A DNA stretch of 64,000 nt from Vicinamibacteria bacterium (GCA_963555995.3 OY821641.1:2400001-2464000), one strand, 5' to 3'; numbered from the stretch's first letter, positions 38,319 to 49,960 are shown. A program made the numbers and translations. Notes: generated by a model from the letters alone, not told the origin.

Positions 38319-39644
38319 ATGATGAAACCCACGAACGCTCCTCCGGCGGCCGTCCGCGCTCGCGGCCTTGGCCGCCGGCAACTCCTGGCCGGTGTTCCCG
38401 GTCTGGCCCTCCTGCCCCTCGTGCCCGTGGGCCGTCTCGCCGCGGGCGAGCCCCGGCTCGCCACGCCCGCCCCGAACCTCCCCGACTGGGTCCGGACGGC
38501 CCGCGAAGCGGTGCCGGCGGCCACCGCGAGCCCCTACTTCCAGACCGGCGGCATCGGCCCCTCGCCCACGCCGGTAATCGAGCAGTTGGCAGACCGGTTG
38601 GCTTTCCAGAACCGCAGCCCGGCCGCCACCGACGTTGCCGCGGTGATGAGCCGGATCGAGCCGGACCTCCGCGCCCAACTCGCCCGGGTGTTCGGCGCCG
38701 GGGAGGACGAGGTGGCGCTCACCCATTCCACCTCGGAGGGGATCTCCATCGTCGCCTGGAGCCTCGACTGGCGGCCCGGCGACGAGGTCATCATCTCGAA
38801 CACCGAACATCCGGCTAACGTCATCCCCTGGTACGTGCTGCGGGACCGGTTCGGGATCGCGATCCGGGAGATTGACCTGAGCCCCGGCACCGACCTCGTC
38901 GCGGAAGTGCGGCGCCAACTCTCGGAGAGGACGCGGCTGGTCAGCCTGAGCCACGTTTCCCGGAACAACGGCCGGACGCTCCGCACCGAAGACTCCGCGC
39001 GGCTCGCCGAACTTCTCCGCGCCCGCGGCGTCCGCTATCACCTCGACGGCGCCCAGGGTCCCGGCTGCGTGGCGACCGACTTCGCCGCGCTGGGATGCGA
39101 CTGCTACTCGACCTGCGGGCACAAGTGGCTGCTCGGGCCCAAGGGCACCGGGGCGCTGTTCGTGCGGCGCGCGCTGCTCGACGAGGTGCGGTTGAGCTGG
39201 GCGGGCGCGCACAGCCACGAGACCATGGACTACGAGGGCAACTACACGCTCCTCCCGAGCGCGGCGCGCTACGAGTTCGGGACCCGGGCCCTGGCGGACT
39301 TCCACGGCTTCGGGCAAGCCGTGCAGTGGATGGAAGACATCGGGCTCGAACGCATCCTCGACCGGATCGCCGGGCTCGTGGACCATGGGATCGAGGCGGT
39401 CCGGCAGACCCCGGGGCTCGCGGTGGCTTCGCCGGAGGAACCGGCGGACCGCTCAGGGATCCTGGTGGTCCGGCTACCGGAGGGTTGCGACCCGATGACG
39501 CTCTATCGCGACCTCGGCCGGGAGGATGGCATCCTCGCGTCACCGGTTCGCGGCGAGCGCGACTTCCGCCTCTCCATCCACTTCTTCAACACCCGCGAAG
39601 AAATCTCCGCCGCGCTCGAGACCATCGTCTCCCGGTGCGCCTGA
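38319..39644 (+). CDS. Class V PLP-dependent aminotransferase (cysteine desulfurase / isopenicillin N epimerase-like) with possible Tat signal
   Basis: RRQLL N terminus, STSEG, EHPAN, DGAQ, CGHKWLLGPKGTG, RYEFGT. Confidence 0.85.
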   Translation: MMKPTNAPPAAVRARGLGRRQLLAGVPGLALLPLVPVGRLAAGEPRLATPAPNLPDWVRTAREAVPAATASPYFQTGGIGPSPTPVIEQLADRLAFQNRSPAATDVAAVMSRIEPDLRAQLARVFGAGEDEVALTHSTSEGISIVAWSLDWRPGDEVIISNTEHPANVIPWYVLRDRFGIAIREIDLSPGTDLVAEVRRQLSERTRLVSLSHVSRNNGRTLRTEDSARLAELLRARGVRYHLDGAQGPGCVATDFAALGCDCYSTCGHKWLLGPKGTGALFVRRALLDEVRLSWAGAHSHETMDYEGNYTLLPSAARYEFGTRALADFHGFGQAVQWMEDIGLERILDRIAGLVDHGIEAVRQTPGLAVASPEEPADRSGILVVRLPEGCDPMTLYRDLGREDGILASPVRGERDFRLSIHFFNTREEISAALETIVSRCA

Positions 39645-39676
39645 GCCCACTGCGGCGCTGAACCGAGGCGACGCTC

Positions 39677-40135
39677 TTGGCCAAGCGTGCGCCCGAGGTG
39701 GGGTTCTACTGCGACGCCTGCGACCGGTATTCGACCTGGAACCCTCCCTTCCAGACCGATGATGACAAATGCCGGCACTGCGGCCACCGGAATCCGCCCG
39801 CCGCCGCCCAGGGTCTCTCGGGCAGTGCCGCCTTCGGCGCCTGCCCGCAGTGCGGAAACCCCGAGCTCTACCGGAAGAAGGACGTTCCGCAGCAGATCGG
39901 TTGCGCGGTAGTGCTGAGCGCGATCGCGCTCTCCACCATCGCCTACGCGCTCTGGGACTTCCCGGGAGCGTTTGCCGTCTTCGCCTCCGTCGCGCTCCTC
40001 GATTTCCTGATCTACCGCCGCCTCGGGACCGTCACGGTCTGCTACCGCTGCCATGCCGAGTTCCGCCGGTTTCCGGGAAATCCCGACCACGGCGACTTCG
40101 ACATGCACCGCGCCGAAGAGTACGAAGCGGAGTAG
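39677..40135 (+). CDS. Zinc-ribbon membrane protein of unknown function
   Basis: CDAC, CRHC, CPQC, two TM helices, then CYRC. Confidence 0.7.
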   Translation: MAKRAPEVGFYCDACDRYSTWNPPFQTDDDKCRHCGHRNPPAAAQGLSGSAAFGACPQCGNPELYRKKDVPQQIGCAVVLSAIALSTIAYALWDFPGAFAVFASVALLDFLIYRRLGTVTVCYRCHAEFRRFPGNPDHGDFDMHRAEEYEAE

Positions 40136-40147
40136 CGCCAGGCACCG

Positions 40148-41311
40148 ATGCCGGGTCCCGGGATCCCCGATACGAGCGAGGGCCTGACGGCCGGGTGGCT
40201 GCACCGGGCCCTGGTGGCCGGGGGCCGGGCCGACTGTCCACCGGTGCGTGCCCTGAAGTGCGAGGCCATCGGGGAGGGCGTCGGGTTGATGGCGGAGATC
40301 CTCCGCTGCGAGCTGACCTTCGCCGAGGACGACGGCCCCTCCGAGAGCGTGATCGTGAAGCTCCCGAGCGACAAACCGCGGAATCGCAGACTCGGCCGGC
40401 GGTGGCGTCTCTACCACCGCGAATTCACGTTCTATCGTCACCTGGCGCCCGCATCGCCGCTCCGCGCTCCCGCGCTCCTCTACGGCGACTTCGACCCCCG
40501 CACCCACCGTTTCGTGCTCGTTCTCGAGGATCTCCGCAACCTGACGGCCGCGGACCAGGTACGGGGCGCCACCGCCGAGCAGGCCCGGCGGGCGGTGCGG
40601 GAGGTGGCCGGGCTCCACGGGAAACACTGGGACCGCGTCGCCGCGCTGCCGGCCGGTTTCCGTGAGATGCTGGCGCCCTGGGTCTGGTCGGCTCTGCAGG
40701 TCTCCTACCTGATGGGCCTGCCGCGCAGCCTGTCCCTCCTTTCCGCCTCGTGGCCCGAGGAGGTCCGGGACCTGGCGGAGGAGTACGGCCTCCGGCTGGT
40801 GGACCATCTCGGCCAACTCGTGGAGGAACCGCTGACCTTCGTGCACGGCGACTACCGTCTCGACAACATGTTCTTCGACGGGGACGGCCTCACGGTGGTG
40901 GACTGGCAGAACAGTGCGGTCGCGAACGGCCTCTACGACGTGGCCTACTTCCTCGCGGGAAGCGTCGCGCCGGAAGTCCGCCGCGCCGTCGAGAGAGACG
41001 CGCTGCTCGAGTACCACGACATCGTCTGTGGCCTCGGCGCCCGGGAGTTCCCGTTCGAGCGCTGCTGGCGGCTCTACCGGGAAACCCTCCTCGGTTGCCT
41101 GGTGCTGCCCGTCGTGGTCGCCGGTTGGCTGGGAGAGAACCGGGGACGGCAGTTGGAACTGCGGAACGTCATCGCAACCCGGACGGCGGCGGCGCTCCGG
41201 GACCTGGATGCCGGCGCCGTTTTGCCGGAGATCCCGCCGTTCGCGAGCCGGGCCGGCCTCCGGCACGCCCTCTGCCGGGCCGGGTACCGCGCCTACCGCG
41301 CCTTCGCCTGA
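40148..41311 (+). CDS. APH/ecdysteroid-kinase-like phosphotransferase
   Basis: VIVKLP, REFTFY, LVLEDL, HGDYRLDN, VVDWQ, DVAYFL. Confidence 0.85.
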   Translation: MPGPGIPDTSEGLTAGWLHRALVAGGRADCPPVRALKCEAIGEGVGLMAEILRCELTFAEDDGPSESVIVKLPSDKPRNRRLGRRWRLYHREFTFYRHLAPASPLRAPALLYGDFDPRTHRFVLVLEDLRNLTAADQVRGATAEQARRAVREVAGLHGKHWDRVAALPAGFREMLAPWVWSALQVSYLMGLPRSLSLLSASWPEEVRDLAEEYGLRLVDHLGQLVEEPLTFVHGDYRLDNMFFDGDGLTVVDWQNSAVANGLYDVAYFLAGSVAPEVRRAVERDALLEYHDIVCGLGAREFPFERCWRLYRETLLGCLVLPVVVAGWLGENRGRQLELRNVIATRTAAALRDLDAGAVLPEIPPFASRAGLRHALCRAGYRAYRAFA

Positions 41312-41320
41312 GCGAACCCG

Positions 41321-42700
41321 ATGCCACCAGACAGGGAGGGCCGGTTCACTACCGGCTCGACCATGCGGCACGTGGTCGTCATGACCACCACGGCTTCGCT
41401 CGGGTTCCTGTTCCTCTTCCTGGTGGACTTCCTCGCCCTGTTCTATATCTCGGTGCTCCGCGACGTGCGTCTCGTGGCCGGGGTCGGACTCGCCTCCTTC
41501 GTCCAGCAGGTGGTGAGCGCGGTGGCCATCGGCCTCGCGGTCGCCGCCACCGCACTGGTGAGCCAGGCCCTCGGCGGCCGTGACCGGGCGCTCGCCCGCA
41601 GCCGGGCCACCTCCTGCCTGGCGGCTTCGTTCCTGACGCTGACCGTCGTCGCCGCCGGTGTCTTCGCCTTCCGGCACGAGGCGGTCGCCCTGCTGATGGA
41701 GCCGGGACCGGCCACCGAGGTCGCCAGCCGCTATCTGGCGTGGGTCCTCCCCTCCCTCCCGCTCCTCGGCCTGGGAATCAGCACCGCCGCGATCCTCCGC
41801 GCCGAGGGCGACGCCCGGCGGGCGCTGATCGTGACGATGGTGGCCGGCGGGGTCGCCTTCGTCCTCGACCCGCTCGTCATCCTCGGGCTCGGACTCGGAG
41901 TGGACGGCGCGGCGTGGGTGTTGATCTTCTCGAGGATCGTGACCGCGTTCGTGGGACTTCACTTCGTCGTGCGGGTCCACGAGTTGGCCGCCCCGCTCCG
42001 GCCGGCCGGGGTGTTTCGGGACCTCCGGGCGATCTTCGCGGTGGGCGGGCCGGCGGTGCTGGCCCAACTCTCCACGCCTTCCGGCTTGCTGCTCCTGACC
42101 GCCTGGGTCGGGCGCTTCGGCGACAGCGCCGTCGCGGGTTGGTCGGTGGTGACCCGCCTGGTCGTGCTCGGCTTCTCCGGCATCATCGCGCTGGCGGTCG
42201 CGGTGGGGGGCATCTTCGGCCAGAACTACGGCGCCCGGAAACTGGACCGGCTGCGGGCGACCTACCGGGACAGCATCGCCTTCGGCGTCCTTTACGCGCT
42301 CGCGGCCTGGACCGTCCTCTGGCTCGCGACCGACCTGGTGGTCTGGGCGTTCGGGATGTCCGGCGACGGCGCGCAGATCGTCCGCGCCTTCTGCCGGCTC
42401 GGAGCCGGCGGGTTCGTCCTCGCGGGGGCGGCCTACGTGGCGACCGCGGCGTTCAACAACCTGGGCCGTCCCCTCTCGGCCACCATCCTCAACTGGTCGC
42501 GAGCCGGGCTGGCCGTACCGGCGGTCCTGCTCCTGATGGTGGGCACGCTGGGCGGCCGAACGATCCTGTTCTCGCTGGAGGGACCGGGCGTGGTCTATGC
42601 CTACGCCGCCGGGAGCAGTCTCGCCGGAGTGGTCGGCGGGATCATCGGCTGGCGCTTCGTCAAGGAATTGACGCGGACTCCGGCGGCGCCGGATTCCTGA
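41321..42700 (+). CDS. MATE family efflux transporter
   Basis: About 12 TM segments; LRAEGDA, LDPLVI..GVDGAAW, GQNYGA. Confidence 0.9.
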   Translation: MPPDREGRFTTGSTMRHVVVMTTTASLGFLFLFLVDFLALFYISVLRDVRLVAGVGLASFVQQVVSAVAIGLAVAATALVSQALGGRDRALARSRATSCLAASFLTLTVVAAGVFAFRHEAVALLMEPGPATEVASRYLAWVLPSLPLLGLGISTAAILRAEGDARRALIVTMVAGGVAFVLDPLVILGLGLGVDGAAWVLIFSRIVTAFVGLHFVVRVHELAAPLRPAGVFRDLRAIFAVGGPAVLAQLSTPSGLLLLTAWVGRFGDSAVAGWSVVTRLVVLGFSGIIALAVAVGGIFGQNYGARKLDRLRATYRDSIAFGVLYALAAWTVLWLATDLVVWAFGMSGDGAQIVRAFCRLGAGGFVLAGAAYVATAAFNNLGRPLSATILNWSRAGLAVPAVLLLMVGTLGGRTILFSLEGPGVVYAYAAGSSLAGVVGGIIGWRFVKELTRTPAAPDS

Positions 42701-42702
42701 TT

Positions 42703-45318
42703 TCAGGCCGGAACCGGTTCCCCGAACTCCGCCCCTTCTCCCACGGCCACCCCGATGATCCCGCCGGGTTCCGCCTCCACCTTGACCGAGGCTCCGGAAG
42801 GAAGCGCGCCGCCCACGATCAGCCGCGCCACCGGCGTCTCGACCCGGTGCTGGAGCACCCGGCGGACCGGACGGGCGCCGTAGAGCGGGTCGTAGCCCTC
42901 GGTGGCCAGTACCCGAAGCGCCTCGTCCGTCACGTCGAGCGACAGGTCCCGGTCGCGAAGGCGCTCGCGCAACCGGCCGAGTTGCAGGTTCACGATCTCC
43001 GCCACCTGGTCGCGCGTCAGGCTCCGGAACACCACGGTCTCGTCCACCCGGTTCAGGAATTCGGGCGGGAACTCGCGGCGGAGTTCCGAAACCACCTCCC
43101 GCTGCATCGCGTCGTAGCCGCGACCCGCCTCGGCCAGCGCGAGGACGCGGTCGCTGCCGACGTTCGAGGTCATGATCAGCACCGTGTTGCGGAAGTTCAC
43201 CAGCCGGCCGTGGGCGTCCGTGAGCCGGCCGTCGTCCAACACCTGGAGCAGCACGGTACGCACCTCGGGGTGCGCCTTCTCGATCTCGTCCAGCAGGACG
43301 ACCGCGAACGGGCGGCGGCGGACCGCCTCCGTCAACTGCCCCCCGTCCTCGAAGCCGACATAGCCGGGAGGAGCGCCCGTCAGCCGGGACACCGCGTGCT
43401 TCTCGGTGTACTCCGTCATGTCGAGACGCACCATGGCGTGCTCGTCGTCGAAGAGCTCGGCGGCGAGCGCCCGCGCGAGTTCGGTCTTGCCGACGCCGGT
43501 GGGACCGGCAAAGAGGAAGGCGCCGAGCGGACGGTCCGGATCCTGGACGCCGGCGCGGGCGCAGACCACCGCGTCGGCGACCGCCCGCACGCCTTCCTCC
43601 TGGCCGACGACCCGGCGATGGAGCAGGTCGCCGAGCCGCAGCAGCTTCTCGCGCTCGCCCTCGAGGAGCCGGTCCACCGGAATCCCGGTCCAGCGGGAGA
43701 CCACCGACGCCACGTCCGAGGCGTCCACTTCCTCCCGCAGCAGGCGCCCTTCCCGTCCTCCGAGCCGCGCCTCGGCGGCGGCGAGCTCGCGCTTCAGTTC
43801 GAGGGTGGTGCCGAAGCGAAGCTCGGCGGCCCTGCCGAGGTCCTGCTCGCGCTCGGCGCGTTCCATCGCCAGGTTCGCTTCCTCGAGGCGTTCGCGAAGG
43901 TTCCGCACCTTGAGGAGCCGCGTCTTCTCGCCCTGCCACTGGGTGCGGAGCGCCCGCGCCTCCTCCTCGAGGTCAGCGATCCGCCGTTCGAGGTCCGCGA
44001 GCCGCTTCGAGGAGGCGTCGTCCTTTTCCTTCCGGAGCGCCTCCCGCTCGATCTGGAGCGACAGGAGCTTGCGCTCCACCTCGTCGAGGCCGGTGGGCAC
44101 GCTGTCCATTTCGGTGCGCAGGCGGGCGGCCGATTCGTCCACCAGATCAATGGCCTTGTCGGGCAGGAAGCGTCCGGAGATGTAGCGGCTGGACATCGAA
44201 GCCGCCGCCAGCAGCGCACCGTCCTGAATCCTCACTCCGTGGTGGACCTCGTAGCGCTCCTTGAGGCCGCGGAGGATGGTCACGGTGTCCGGGACCGAGG
44301 GTTCGGCGACGACCACCGTCTGGAACCGGCGCTCGAGTGCCGCGTCCTTCTCGATGTGCTGCCGGTACTCGTCTAGGGTGGTCGCCCCGATGCAGTGCAA
44401 GTCGCCCCGGGCGAGCGCGGGCTTCAGCAGGTTGGAAGCGTCCATCGCCCCGTCCGTCCTGCCGGCCCCGACCACGGTGTGCAGCTCGTCAAGGAACAGG
44501 ATGACCCGGCCAGCCGCCTCCTGCACCGCGCCGAGCACCGCCTTGAGCCGCTCCTCGAATTCGCCCCGGAACTTCGCGCCGGCGACCAGGGCTCCCATGT
44601 CGAGCGCCACCACCTGCCGTTCGCGGAGCCCCTCGGGCACGTCGCCCTTGACGATGCGGAGCGCCAACCCCTCGGCGATGGCGGTCTTGCCGACTCCGGG
44701 TTCCCCGAGCAGCACCGGGTTGTTCTTGGTGCGGCGGGACAGGATCTGCATCACCCGCCGGATTTCGTCGTCCCGGCCGATCACCGGGTCGAGCCGGTCG
44801 GCGCGGGCGAGCGCGGTGAGGTCCCGCCCGTACTTCCGGAGCGGCTCGTAGGCGCTCTCCGGGTTGGGGCCCGTGGCGCGCGCGGGTCCGCGCACTGACC
44901 GGACCGCCGCTTCGAGCGCCTTCCGCTCCACTCCGGCGGCGCCGGCGGCCGACTTCTGCGAAGCGAGAGCCAGAAGCAGATGTTCGACGCTCAGGAACTC
45001 GTCACCGAGCTGCTTCGCTTCGCCCGCGGCGGCGTGGATCACCTTGGCGAGATCCCTGGACGCGGGAGGCGCGTCCGCTCCCGCATACCGCTGGACCGGC
45101 AAGGCGCCGAGGGACGCATCGAGTTTGTGGCCCAGGACCGGGGGCTCGACGTCGAGGCGGCGCAGCAGCCGGAGCGCGAGCCCGTCGGGGGCGTCGTCGA
45201 GCAGCGCGGCGAGCAGGTGTTCGGGGGTGGTTTCGGGGTTCTTGCGTTGCTCCGCAAGGCTTGCAGCCCGCGAGAGGGCAGCGCCCGCGCGTTCGGTAAG
45301 AGCAGCGACATGATCTAT
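42703..45318 (-). CDS. clpB: ATP-dependent chaperone ClpB (start codon region anomalous)
   Basis: [21 protein letters not shown], coiled-coil M domain, [15 protein letters not shown]; the frame stays open upstream of 45102 through the Clp-N domain ([18 protein letters not shown]) to a TAG at 45319-45321. Confidence 0.9.
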   Translation of the reverse strand: MDHVAALTERAGAALSRAASLAEQRKNPETTPEHLLAALLDDAPDGLALRLLRRLDVEPPVLGHKLDASLGALPVQRYAGADAPPASRDLAKVIHAAAGEAKQLGDEFLSVEHLLLALASQKSAAGAAGVERKALEAAVRSVRGPARATGPNPESAYEPLRKYGRDLTALARADRLDPVIGRDDEIRRVMQILSRRTKNNPVLLGEPGVGKTAIAEGLALRIVKGDVPEGLRERQVVALDMGALVAGAKFRGEFEERLKAVLGAVQEAAGRVILFLDELHTVVGAGRTDGAMDASNLLKPALARGDLHCIGATTLDEYRQHIEKDAALERRFQTVVVAEPSVPDTVTILRGLKERYEVHHGVRIQDGALLAAASMSSRYISGRFLPDKAIDLVDESAARLRTEMDSVPTGLDEVERKLLSLQIEREALRKEKDDASSKRLADLERRIADLEEEARALRTQWQGEKTRLLKVRNLRERLEEANLAMERAEREQDLGRAAELRFGTTLELKRELAAAEARLGGREGRLLREEVDASDVASVVSRWTGIPVDRLLEGEREKLLRLGDLLHRRVVGQEEGVRAVADAVVCARAGVQDPDRPLGAFLFAGPTGVGKTELARALAAELFDDEHAMVRLDMTEYTEKHAVSRLTGAPPGYVGFEDGGQLTEAVRRRPFAVVLLDEIEKAHPEVRTVLLQVLDDGRLTDAHGRLVNFRNTVLIMTSNVGSDRVLALAEAGRGYDAMQREVVSELRREFPPEFLNRVDETVVFRSLTRDQVAEIVNLQLGRLRERLRDRDLSLDVTDEALRVLATEGYDPLYGARPVRRVLQHRVETPVARLIVGGALPSGASVKVEAEPGGIIGVAVGEGAEFGEPVPA

Positions 45319-45378
45319 CTAATCCATACTCAGTAAGTATGATATGAAGTATAGCAGATATGAAAACGACAGAACGGC

Positions 45379-45540
45379 TGGGAGCGCCGCTCTTCCGAAG
45401 CGGTATCGCTCCCCAACGGGGAGCGAAACTCCCATCGCTGATTCGCCGCATGGCGGAACGACACGTCGTTTGGCGCAATGCCACCCGGATTGGCGCAGCG
45501 TCATGCGGCAACGCAACACCGGGAGTTTCGCGGCGCTCCC
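45379..45540. repeat. REP-like double hairpin with a distal inverted half-copy
   Basis: TGGGAGCGCCGCTCTTCCGAAGCGGTA-TCGCTCCCCAACGGGGAGCGA; GGGAGTTTCGCGGCGCTCCC at 45521-45540 is complementary to parts of it. Confidence 0.55.
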
Positions 45541-45580
45541 GGCGGCGCGGCCATCCGCGCGGCTCGGCGATGCGCCGCCT

Positions 45581-46183
45581 TCAGTTACGGATGGTCGAGG
45601 GCTGCCAGCTCGGAATCAGCGCCCGGTCCCGGAGGGCCACCGGGCTGAACAGCAGCGGCAGGAACACCGCCATGCTGACGAGGCTGTTGCGGAAGAAGGG
45701 GATGGCCTGCACGTAGCAATCAACCAGCCCGGCAAGGTTCATCGGATAGCGGAGGCCGCCGCCGGACGCCCAGACCGCAAAGTTGGTGACGATGAAAAAG
45801 CCCACCGCCGCGAGCAGGCCGGAGCCCGCGAGCCTTCCCCAGGACCGCTTCCCGCGCATCAGGAAACCGCAGGTGGCGACCAGCGCCACCGCCAGATACA
45901 CCACCGGCTGGCCCGCGTAGAGGGCCCAATCGGCGCGGCCGGTCACGATCCAGATGCCGACGTCTCCCAGCAGGTAGGTGGCCAGCGGGACGAGGTACAC
46001 GAGCCGGCGCGAGGCGTAGAGCGCCCCGCCGAAGAGCGAGAGCGCCAGGATCGGCGAGAAATTCCACGGATAGGCCATGGATGCGGGATCGCCGTGGTGG
46101 GCGCCGAACACGTACGGCGCGAGCCGGACGCCGACGCTGAGAGCGACGATCACGAGCAGGACGGGGAGGCGGATGGACGTCAT
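45581..46183 (-). CDS. DUF6580-like putative membrane transport protein
   Basis: WNFSPILALSLFGGA, FFIVTNFAVW, CYVQAIPFFRNSL. Confidence 0.75.
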   Translation of the reverse strand: MTSIRLPVLLVIVALSVGVRLAPYVFGAHHGDPASMAYPWNFSPILALSLFGGALYASRRLVYLVPLATYLLGDVGIWIVTGRADWALYAGQPVVYLAVALVATCGFLMRGKRSWGRLAGSGLLAAVGFFIVTNFAVWASGGGLRYPMNLAGLVDCYVQAIPFFRNSLVSMAVFLPLLFSPVALRDRALIPSWQPSTIRN

Positions 46184-46228
46184 GGGTCTCCTTGCGGAAT
46201 CACTCTCCCGAGAGATTACCAGCGGCGG

Positions 46229-47413
46229 TCAGATGACGCCGCGGGTCCGGCCGCACTCGATGAACGCGGCCACCGCGCGGTCCACCTGGTCGTCGTCGTG
46301 GGCCGCCGAAAGCTGCACCCGGATGCGGGCCAGGCCCCGCGGGACGACCGGAAAGCTGAAGCCGATCACGTAGATGCCCCGTTCGAGGAGGTCGTCGGCC
46401 ATCCCGGAGGCGAGACGGGCGTCGCCGAGCATCACGGGAACGATGGGGTGCTCCCCTTCCGGGACCTCGAATCCCGCCGCGGTCATGGCCTCGCGGAACC
46501 GCCGGGTGTTCCGCCGCAGCCGCTCGCGCGGTTCCTCGGTCGCCCTAAGCAGCGACACGACCTCGAGAGCCGCCGAGACGATGGCCGGCGCCAGGGTGTT
46601 CGAGAACAGATAGGGACGGCTGCGCTGGCGCAGCAGCGCCACGATCTCGCCGCGCCCCGACGTGAACCCGCCAGCGGCGCCGCCGAGCGCCTTGCCGAGG
46701 GTCGAGGTGATGATGTCCACCCTCTCCGAGACCCCGAAGCGCTCGGGAGTTCCGCGGCCGGTGTCGCCGATGAAGCCGGTGGCGTGCGAGTCGTCCACCA
46801 TGACCAGCGCCTGGTGCCGGTCGGCCAGTTCGCAGATGTCATCGAGCGGGGCCAGCGTCCCGTCCATGCTGAAGACGCCGTCGGTCGCGATCAGCTTGCG
46901 GCGCGCCCCGGCGCATTCCTCGAGTTTGGCCGCCAGGTCGTCCAGGTCCCGGTTCCGGTAGCGGAACCGCTGGGCGCGGCAGAGGCGGACGCCGTCAATG
47001 ATGCTGGCGTGGTTCAGTTCGTCGCTGACAATGGCGTCCTCGGCCCCGAGGATGGTCTCGAAGAGGCCGCCGTTGGCGTCGAAACACGAGCTGTAGAGGA
47101 TGGTGTCCTCGGTGCCCAGGAACTCGGCGATCCGCCGCTCCAACTCGCGGTGAATGTCCTGGGTGCCGCAGATGAAGCGGACCGAACTGAGCCCGAAACC
47201 GCGCTGTTCCAGACCCCGCGCGGCAGCGGCGCGCACCCGGGGATCGTTCCCGAGACCGAGGTAGTTGTTGGCGCAGAAGTTCAGGACTTCCTCTCCCCCC
47301 ACCCGGATCAGGGCGCCCTGCGGCGAGAGGATCAGCCGCTCCCGCTTCTCGAGCCCAGCCTCCTGGATGGCAGCCAGTTCACCGCGGATGGATGAAAGCG
47401 TCTCGGCGTTCAT
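46229..47413 (-). CDS. kbl: Glycine C-acetyltransferase (2-amino-3-ketobutyrate CoA ligase)
   Basis: [63 protein letters not shown]. Confidence 0.95.
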   Translation of the reverse strand: MNAETLSSIRGELAAIQEAGLEKRERLILSPQGALIRVGGEEVLNFCANNYLGLGNDPRVRAAAARGLEQRGFGLSSVRFICGTQDIHRELERRIAEFLGTEDTILYSSCFDANGGLFETILGAEDAIVSDELNHASIIDGVRLCRAQRFRYRNRDLDDLAAKLEECAGARRKLIATDGVFSMDGTLAPLDDICELADRHQALVMVDDSHATGFIGDTGRGTPERFGVSERVDIITSTLGKALGGAAGGFTSGRGEIVALLRQRSRPYLFSNTLAPAIVSAALEVVSLLRATEEPRERLRRNTRRFREAMTAAGFEVPEGEHPIVPVMLGDARLASGMADDLLERGIYVIGFSFPVVPRGLARIRVQLSAAHDDDQVDRAVAAFIECGRTRGVI

Positions 47414-47512
47414 TCGGGGTTCTCCTGGGGAGCGAGACTGTATCGGTTGACGAAGCTCCCGTTCGGGATGGGAAGCGGCGGGCGATTCAGGTATCTTCCG
47501 TCGGTTAGGGCA

Positions 47513-49960
47513 ATGGGCGCGGTTCTTCTCTTCTGGTTCGCTCTGCTGGGGCAGCCCCCGGAGGACGGTGCGTCCCGCGCGGCGCCCTCCCCCGAGCCCG
47601 CGGCCGCCGTCCCCGCCAACACGGCGGAACTCACCGGCGTGGTGCAGCGCTACTGCGTCGTCTGCCACAACGAGCGCCTCCGGACCGGGAACCTCACGCT
47701 GCGGGAGTTCGCCGTGGACACGGCGCACGAACAGGCGGAGACCGCCGAGAAGATGATCCGGAAGCTGCGGGCCGGGATGATGCCGCCGCCGGGCCAGCGC
47801 CGCCCGCCGCCCGAAACGCTGCTCGCCCTGGCCGAGACGCTCGAGACCGTGGTGGACGGCGAGGCCGCCCGCTCGCGGAACCCCGGCTCGCGGCGCTTCC
47901 AGCGGCTGAACCGCGCCGAGTACGAACGCGTGATCCGCGATCTCCTCGATCTCGACATCGAGGCCGGCCGCTGGCTGCCGGCGGACACCTACCTCGGCGC
48001 CTTCGACAACATGTCGGACGCGCAGGGACTCTCGACGACCCTCCTCGAGGCCTATCTGAGGGCCGCCACCGAGGTCAGCCGGATCGCCGTCGGCAACCCG
48101 GACGCGCTCTCGAAGACGGCCAAGTACACGAATCCGATTGATGTCTCGCAGCACGCCTGGGATCACCTCGAGGGCGCGCCGTACGGGACGCGCGGCGGGA
48201 TGGTGGTCACCCACGATTTCCCGGTGGACGGCGAGTACGTGATCTCGATCGAGACGCTCTTCGGCCGGGGGACCGGCTTCCAGGACGTGGACATTTCCAT
48301 TGACGGGGAGGGCGTCGCTCTCCTCGGACTCGAGCACGGCGGCCGCGCGACGGTGCCGATCCGCACCGAACCGATCTTCGTGCGGGCGGGCCAGCGCCAG
48401 GTCGCGGCGGCCTTCGTGCGCACCATCGAGGGGCCGTACGAGGACCCCCTGAAGACGCCGGGCTGGTCCTTCGTCGGCGGCGAGGACTCCCAGGCGTGGG
48501 CGAACTACGGGATCACCGCGCTGCCCCACCTGAGCGAACTGATGATCACCGGCCCGCACCGCAGTCAGGGGCTCTCGGAGACGGCGAGCCGCCGCAGGAT
48601 CTTCCACTGCTATCCGGAGGATGGGGCGGCGGTGGCGGACGTTTCCGAGGAGTCTCGGGCGTGTGCGAAGTCGATCGTGACCCGGCTCGCCCGCGAGGCG
48701 TACCGGCGTCCGGTCACGGACGAGGATCTCGCCGGGCCGATGGCCTTCTACGACCGCGCCGCCGCGGAGGACGGGTTCGAGATCGGCGTCCGGACCGCGC
48801 TCCAGGCGATCCTCGCCAGCCCGTCCTTCATCTTCCGTCTCGAGCAGGCGCCGCCGGAGGTCGTGCCCGGCGAGAGCTACCGGATCGCGGACCTGGACCT
48901 CGCGTCGCGGCTCTCGTTCTTCCTCTGGGCGGGGGGCCCGGACGACGAACTGGTGACGCTCGCCGCGGAGGGACGGCTCTCGGACCCGGCGGTTCTCGAG
49001 TCGCAGGTGCGGCGGATGCTGGCGGACCCGCGGGCCGTAGCGCTTTCGACGCGCTTCGCCTCGCAGTGGCTGCGGCTTCAGGACGCGGAGGACAACCAGC
49101 CCGAGCCCTATCTCTATCCGGACTTCACCGGCCAGCTCCGCGAGGACCTGGTCCGTGAAACGCAGCTCTTCTTCGACCACCTCGTGCGCGAGGACGGAAG
49201 TCTGCTCGAACTCTTCACGGCGGACTACACCTTCCTGAACGAACGCCTCGCGGCGCACTACGGCATTCCCGGGGTCTCGGGGCCCGAGTTCCGGCGGGTG
49301 CGCTACCCGGACGACACCCGGCGCGGCGTGCTGGGGCACGGCAGCGTGCTGCTGCTCACTTCCATGTCCGCGCGCACGTCGCCGGTCCTGCGCGGGAAGT
49401 GGGTGATGGAGGTGCTGATGGGTACGCCGCCTCCGCCGCCGCCGCCCGACATCCCCGCCTTCGAGGACACCGCGGCGGCCCGCCGCGGGCGGCGGCTCAC
49501 CACGCGCGAGCGGCTCGAGATGCACGTCGCGAATCCGACCTGCCGCGCCTGCCACCGGTTCATGGATCCCATCGGGCTCGCGCTCGACAACTACGACGTG
49601 ACCGGGCGGGTCCGGGTTCGTGAGAACGGCGTCGCGCTCGACACGCGGGGGACCTTCTACGACGGGACCGAGGTGAGCACGCCCGCCGAGCTCGTCGCCG
49701 TCCTCATGAAAAGGCCGATCCCCCTGGTCCGGAACTTCACGGAACACCTGCTCGCCTACGCGACCGGACGCCGCGCGGAGTACTTCGACGGGCCCGGGAT
49801 CCGGGCCATCGCCCGCGAGGCGGAGGCGGGCGGGTACCGCATGTCCTCGTTCATCCTCGGCGTCGTCAACAGCGACCCGTTCCGCATGGCGCGTCCCGCG
49901 CCGGCGGCGGACAATCTGGCAGAATCAGCAGCTCCAAAGGGAAGCGGAGAGGGCTCATGA
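47513..49960 (+). CDS. DUF1592/DUF1588/DUF1595-type protein with c-type haem motifs
   Basis: [56 protein letters not shown]; start ATG 47468 or 47513. Confidence 0.85.
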   Translation: MGAVLLFWFALLGQPPEDGASRAAPSPEPAAAVPANTAELTGVVQRYCVVCHNERLRTGNLTLREFAVDTAHEQAETAEKMIRKLRAGMMPPPGQRRPPPETLLALAETLETVVDGEAARSRNPGSRRFQRLNRAEYERVIRDLLDLDIEAGRWLPADTYLGAFDNMSDAQGLSTTLLEAYLRAATEVSRIAVGNPDALSKTAKYTNPIDVSQHAWDHLEGAPYGTRGGMVVTHDFPVDGEYVISIETLFGRGTGFQDVDISIDGEGVALLGLEHGGRATVPIRTEPIFVRAGQRQVAAAFVRTIEGPYEDPLKTPGWSFVGGEDSQAWANYGITALPHLSELMITGPHRSQGLSETASRRRIFHCYPEDGAAVADVSEESRACAKSIVTRLAREAYRRPVTDEDLAGPMAFYDRAAAEDGFEIGVRTALQAILASPSFIFRLEQAPPEVVPGESYRIADLDLASRLSFFLWAGGPDDELVTLAAEGRLSDPAVLESQVRRMLADPRAVALSTRFASQWLRLQDAEDNQPEPYLYPDFTGQLREDLVRETQLFFDHLVREDGSLLELFTADYTFLNERLAAHYGIPGVSGPEFRRVRYPDDTRRGVLGHGSVLLLTSMSARTSPVLRGKWVMEVLMGTPPPPPPPDIPAFEDTAAARRGRRLTTRERLEMHVANPTCRACHRFMDPIGLALDNYDVTGRVRVRENGVALDTRGTFYDGTEVSTPAELVAVLMKRPIPLVRNFTEHLLAYATGRRAEYFDGPGIRAIAREAEAGGYRMSSFILGVVNSDPFRMARPAPAADNLAESAAPKGSGEGS

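Noticed and set aside
42788-42806. SRP RNA-like motif CCGGAAGGAAGC
   Set aside because: It lies antisense within the clpB coding sequence and lacks the flanking SRP helix.
39503-43939. Very long alternative-frame or antisense ORFs (e.g. 39503-43939, 24116-27253, 3748-5940, 41740-44376, 45344-47395)
   Set aside because: They overlap well-supported genes, have Arg/Pro/Gly-rich or antisense-mirror composition, and are expected in very GC-rich DNA with few stop codons.
46229-49747. 1172-aa kbl fusion
   Set aside because: The N-terminal ~780 aa are the antisense of the DUF1592 gene; Kbl homology starts at ATG 47413.
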